Assembly: GCA_000146465.1 (NCBI GenBank) | Contig: CP001946.1 | Reading direction: 5' to 3' (one strand) | Length of the DNA stretch: 64,000 nucleotides | Shown here: positions 62,466 through 64,000 of the stretch, one piece after another | How the letters are laid out: every line of letters begins with the position of its first letter | Numbering within the stretch: the stretch's first letter is position 1 | The notes under the pieces: model-generated | The model's input: the letters and a program-made list of their open reading frames with translations, nothing else | Database searches by the model: none | Told to the model about the DNA's origin: nothing | Made by a program: the position numbers and the translations under genes

Positions 62466-63986
62466 TTATTGCATTCCATCTCCAAAGAAGGATCTTTCAA
62501 TTTCAAGCTCGACTTCCTTTTTTGGGATTTTTCCAAGGAGGTTCTGTCCTTTGACCTTGAAGTCACTTGCATAAAGAGAATTAAGAGGCTTTCCCTTGTA
62601 TCCCTGAAGAAAGGCCCGGACCAGACTTTGAGCTCTTCTTGTCTGCGACTTCAGTACGTCCTCCTTTAGGTTTATGCATGTCGATTGATCTATTCCCAAG
62701 GTCTCGCTGAAGGCTTTTGGCCCGTCCTCCTGCTTTATGCATAAAGTAAGAGATGACACAATCGAGGAGTGTGCATTCTCGAGGGCTCCTGAGTTGTATG
62801 ATACCATAAATAGATAAACAGCCCTGTATGTGTCAAATGGCCCGGTATGGATGTTGAATGTTTCAGACACCTTCTTTACGACTGTCGGATCATCTATTTG
62901 GAGAATTTCAACCAACTCGTTGATGTAAGGGCACAGTTTGTGCTCCCGGGAGGGGCCCGATGCGTGGGCAATCACATGGACCAAGGACTTCACACAGACA
63001 ATAAGATCTCCCGGATCCTCCGAGACCCCCCATTCATTTACAAGTCGGCCAATCTCCTTCTGAATAAATGGGCCTTGGTTTTCCAAATAGCCCAGGAGAT
63101 CTCTGTTAAAGCAAGAAGTATCTATAAGCGAATAGGTGTCCAAGTCAGAATAGATTCTTTGAAGTATCTCCTCAGGAACATCTCCCAACATCCTAAGGAT
63201 GGCAAAACATCTATCAAACGGGCCTTTCTCCAAAAACGTTCTGTAGTAGGAGCTTGAAAGCCCTCGGAACTTCTCAGGACTTCTTTTGAGATAGAAGAAA
63301 AATCTCATAAGCTCGTCATATGACCAGTTTCCTGTAAATTTCTCCTCCCGCCCAAGTCTTATAAAACATTCTACAATAACCTCGTTGGTGTAGGTCTTGT
63401 CAGATACATTGCATCTGCTCAGTATATGTTCAAGCTGCGGAGCAGAGAGAGGGAACAGCTCCAGAATCCTAATGACCAGTTTGCAAGGCTCTTTTTCGCT
63501 AAGGTCAAAATATTGGATATAGTCGACAGCAGAAAAGTCTTTTCTATAGATCGCCAGTGAGCAGCACAGAACAGGGTCACTGAATGTTAGATCTTGGGGA
63601 ACATTTGATGAATGCGAAGCCCCAAAAAGCTTCTTCAGGAAGTAAAGAGCCAGCTTTCTTCCAATGCAATCTCCATTGACACCTATAAAGCTTATCACAG
63701 ACCTTGGATAATTCCTGCAGATGGCGTTGAACAACCCAAACACTTCTCCTTCAATCTCTGTCCTTTGTCTTTCGTCGATGCTAATGTAGATCGAAACAAC
63801 CTCCGCTAGAACATCTCCAACTATTTCCTCCGATCCGTCCCGCCCAAAAAGCTTTGTCCAGAACTCAACAGATGCAGAAAAGGTGATCAAATCCTTCCGA
63901 AGGCCCTTAAAAACATACTCGTACATCTTCTTGACATTGCTTACTCGAGGCGCCTTGTCCTTCAGATTATTAAAACATATTATCAT
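62466..63986 (-). CDS. Hypothetical protein of at least 506 aa. It is possibly 5'-partial because the frame stays open to the window edge.
   Basis: It is a long intact ORF. No stop codon lies between 63986 and the window end in this frame. No motif was recognised. Confidence 0.45.
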   Translation of the reverse strand: MIICFNNLKDKAPRVSNVKKMYEYVFKGLRKDLITFSASVEFWTKLFGRDGSEEIVGDVLAEVVSIYISIDERQRTEIEGEVFGLFNAICRNYPRSVISFIGVNGDCIGRKLALYFLKKLFGASHSSNVPQDLTFSDPVLCCSLAIYRKDFSAVDYIQYFDLSEKEPCKLVIRILELFPLSAPQLEHILSRCNVSDKTYTNEVIVECFIRLGREEKFTGNWSYDELMRFFFYLKRSPEKFRGLSSSYYRTFLEKGPFDRCFAILRMLGDVPEEILQRIYSDLDTYSLIDTSCFNRDLLGYLENQGPFIQKEIGRLVNEWGVSEDPGDLIVCVKSLVHVIAHASGPSREHKLCPYINELVEILQIDDPTVVKKVSETFNIHTGPFDTYRAVYLFMVSYNSGALENAHSSIVSSLTLCIKQEDGPKAFSETLGIDQSTCINLKEDVLKSQTRRAQSLVRAFLQGYKGKPLNSLYASDFKVKGQNLLGKIPKKEVELEIERSFFGDGMQ

Positions 63987-64000
63987 TCCATAGGAGATGT

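Overview
This window is eukaryotic nuclear DNA from a microsporidian, not prokaryotic. The call rests on a reduced, prokaryote-sized rRNA operon whose SSU begins with the microsporidia-typical CACCAGGTTGATTCTGCCTGAC, and on a 5.8S-like region fused to the LSU. The first ~3.8 kb is one rDNA unit on the minus strand (LSU 1..~2480, very short ITS, SSU ~2521..3811) followed by a C-rich spacer. The track ORFs inside the rDNA are spurious.

The remaining ~60 kb is gene-dense, with intergenic gaps mostly under 150 bp and some overlapping genes. It carries about 45 protein genes on both strands. Most are conserved eukaryotic housekeeping genes that I recognise from motifs in the translated ORFs:
- Trafficking and membrane: a kinesin motor with a C-terminal WD40 propeller, Sar1, Bap31, V-ATPase subunit E, two paralogous amino-acid permeases, NTE-type patatin lysophospholipase.
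- Metabolism: phosphomannomutase, glycerol-3-phosphate dehydrogenase, acetyl-CoA synthetase, phosphoglycerate kinase, dUTPase, a Tah18-like diflavin reductase, a DHH phosphoesterase.
- Nucleic-acid and chromatin: Rpb11, a MutL homolog, Swi3/Rsc8-like protein, NASP-like TPR protein, Nse3/MAGE-like protein, CPSF100-like beta-CASP protein, Arp5/8-like protein, NF-YC, two SSU-processome WD40 proteins (Pwp2/Utp12-type and Utp13-type), eRF1, Mrt4, DRG GTPase.
- Other: proteasome beta subunit, protein phosphatase 5.

Points worth a second look:
- A 36-nt spliceosomal intron (GTAAGT...CTAAC...AG) lies directly after the ATG of ribosomal protein eS1.
- An intact 492-aa FAR1-DBD + MULE + SWIM (Mutator-like transposase) gene sits between the two inverted amino-acid permease paralogs.
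- A tandem pair of lineage-specific signal-anchor proteins and a separate signal-peptide protein lie near 16-22 kb.
- A CCC (sometimes GGG) motif occurs within about 20 nt upstream of most start codons.
- The motif CCCACATC recurs on both flanks of the rDNA unit.
- Gene packing is extreme: a stop/start overlap of 8 nt, and divergent start codons 15 bp apart.

I found no tRNAs, CRISPR arrays or prokaryotic defence systems. The likely novel content is lineage-specific eukaryotic material, not an operon-type system.
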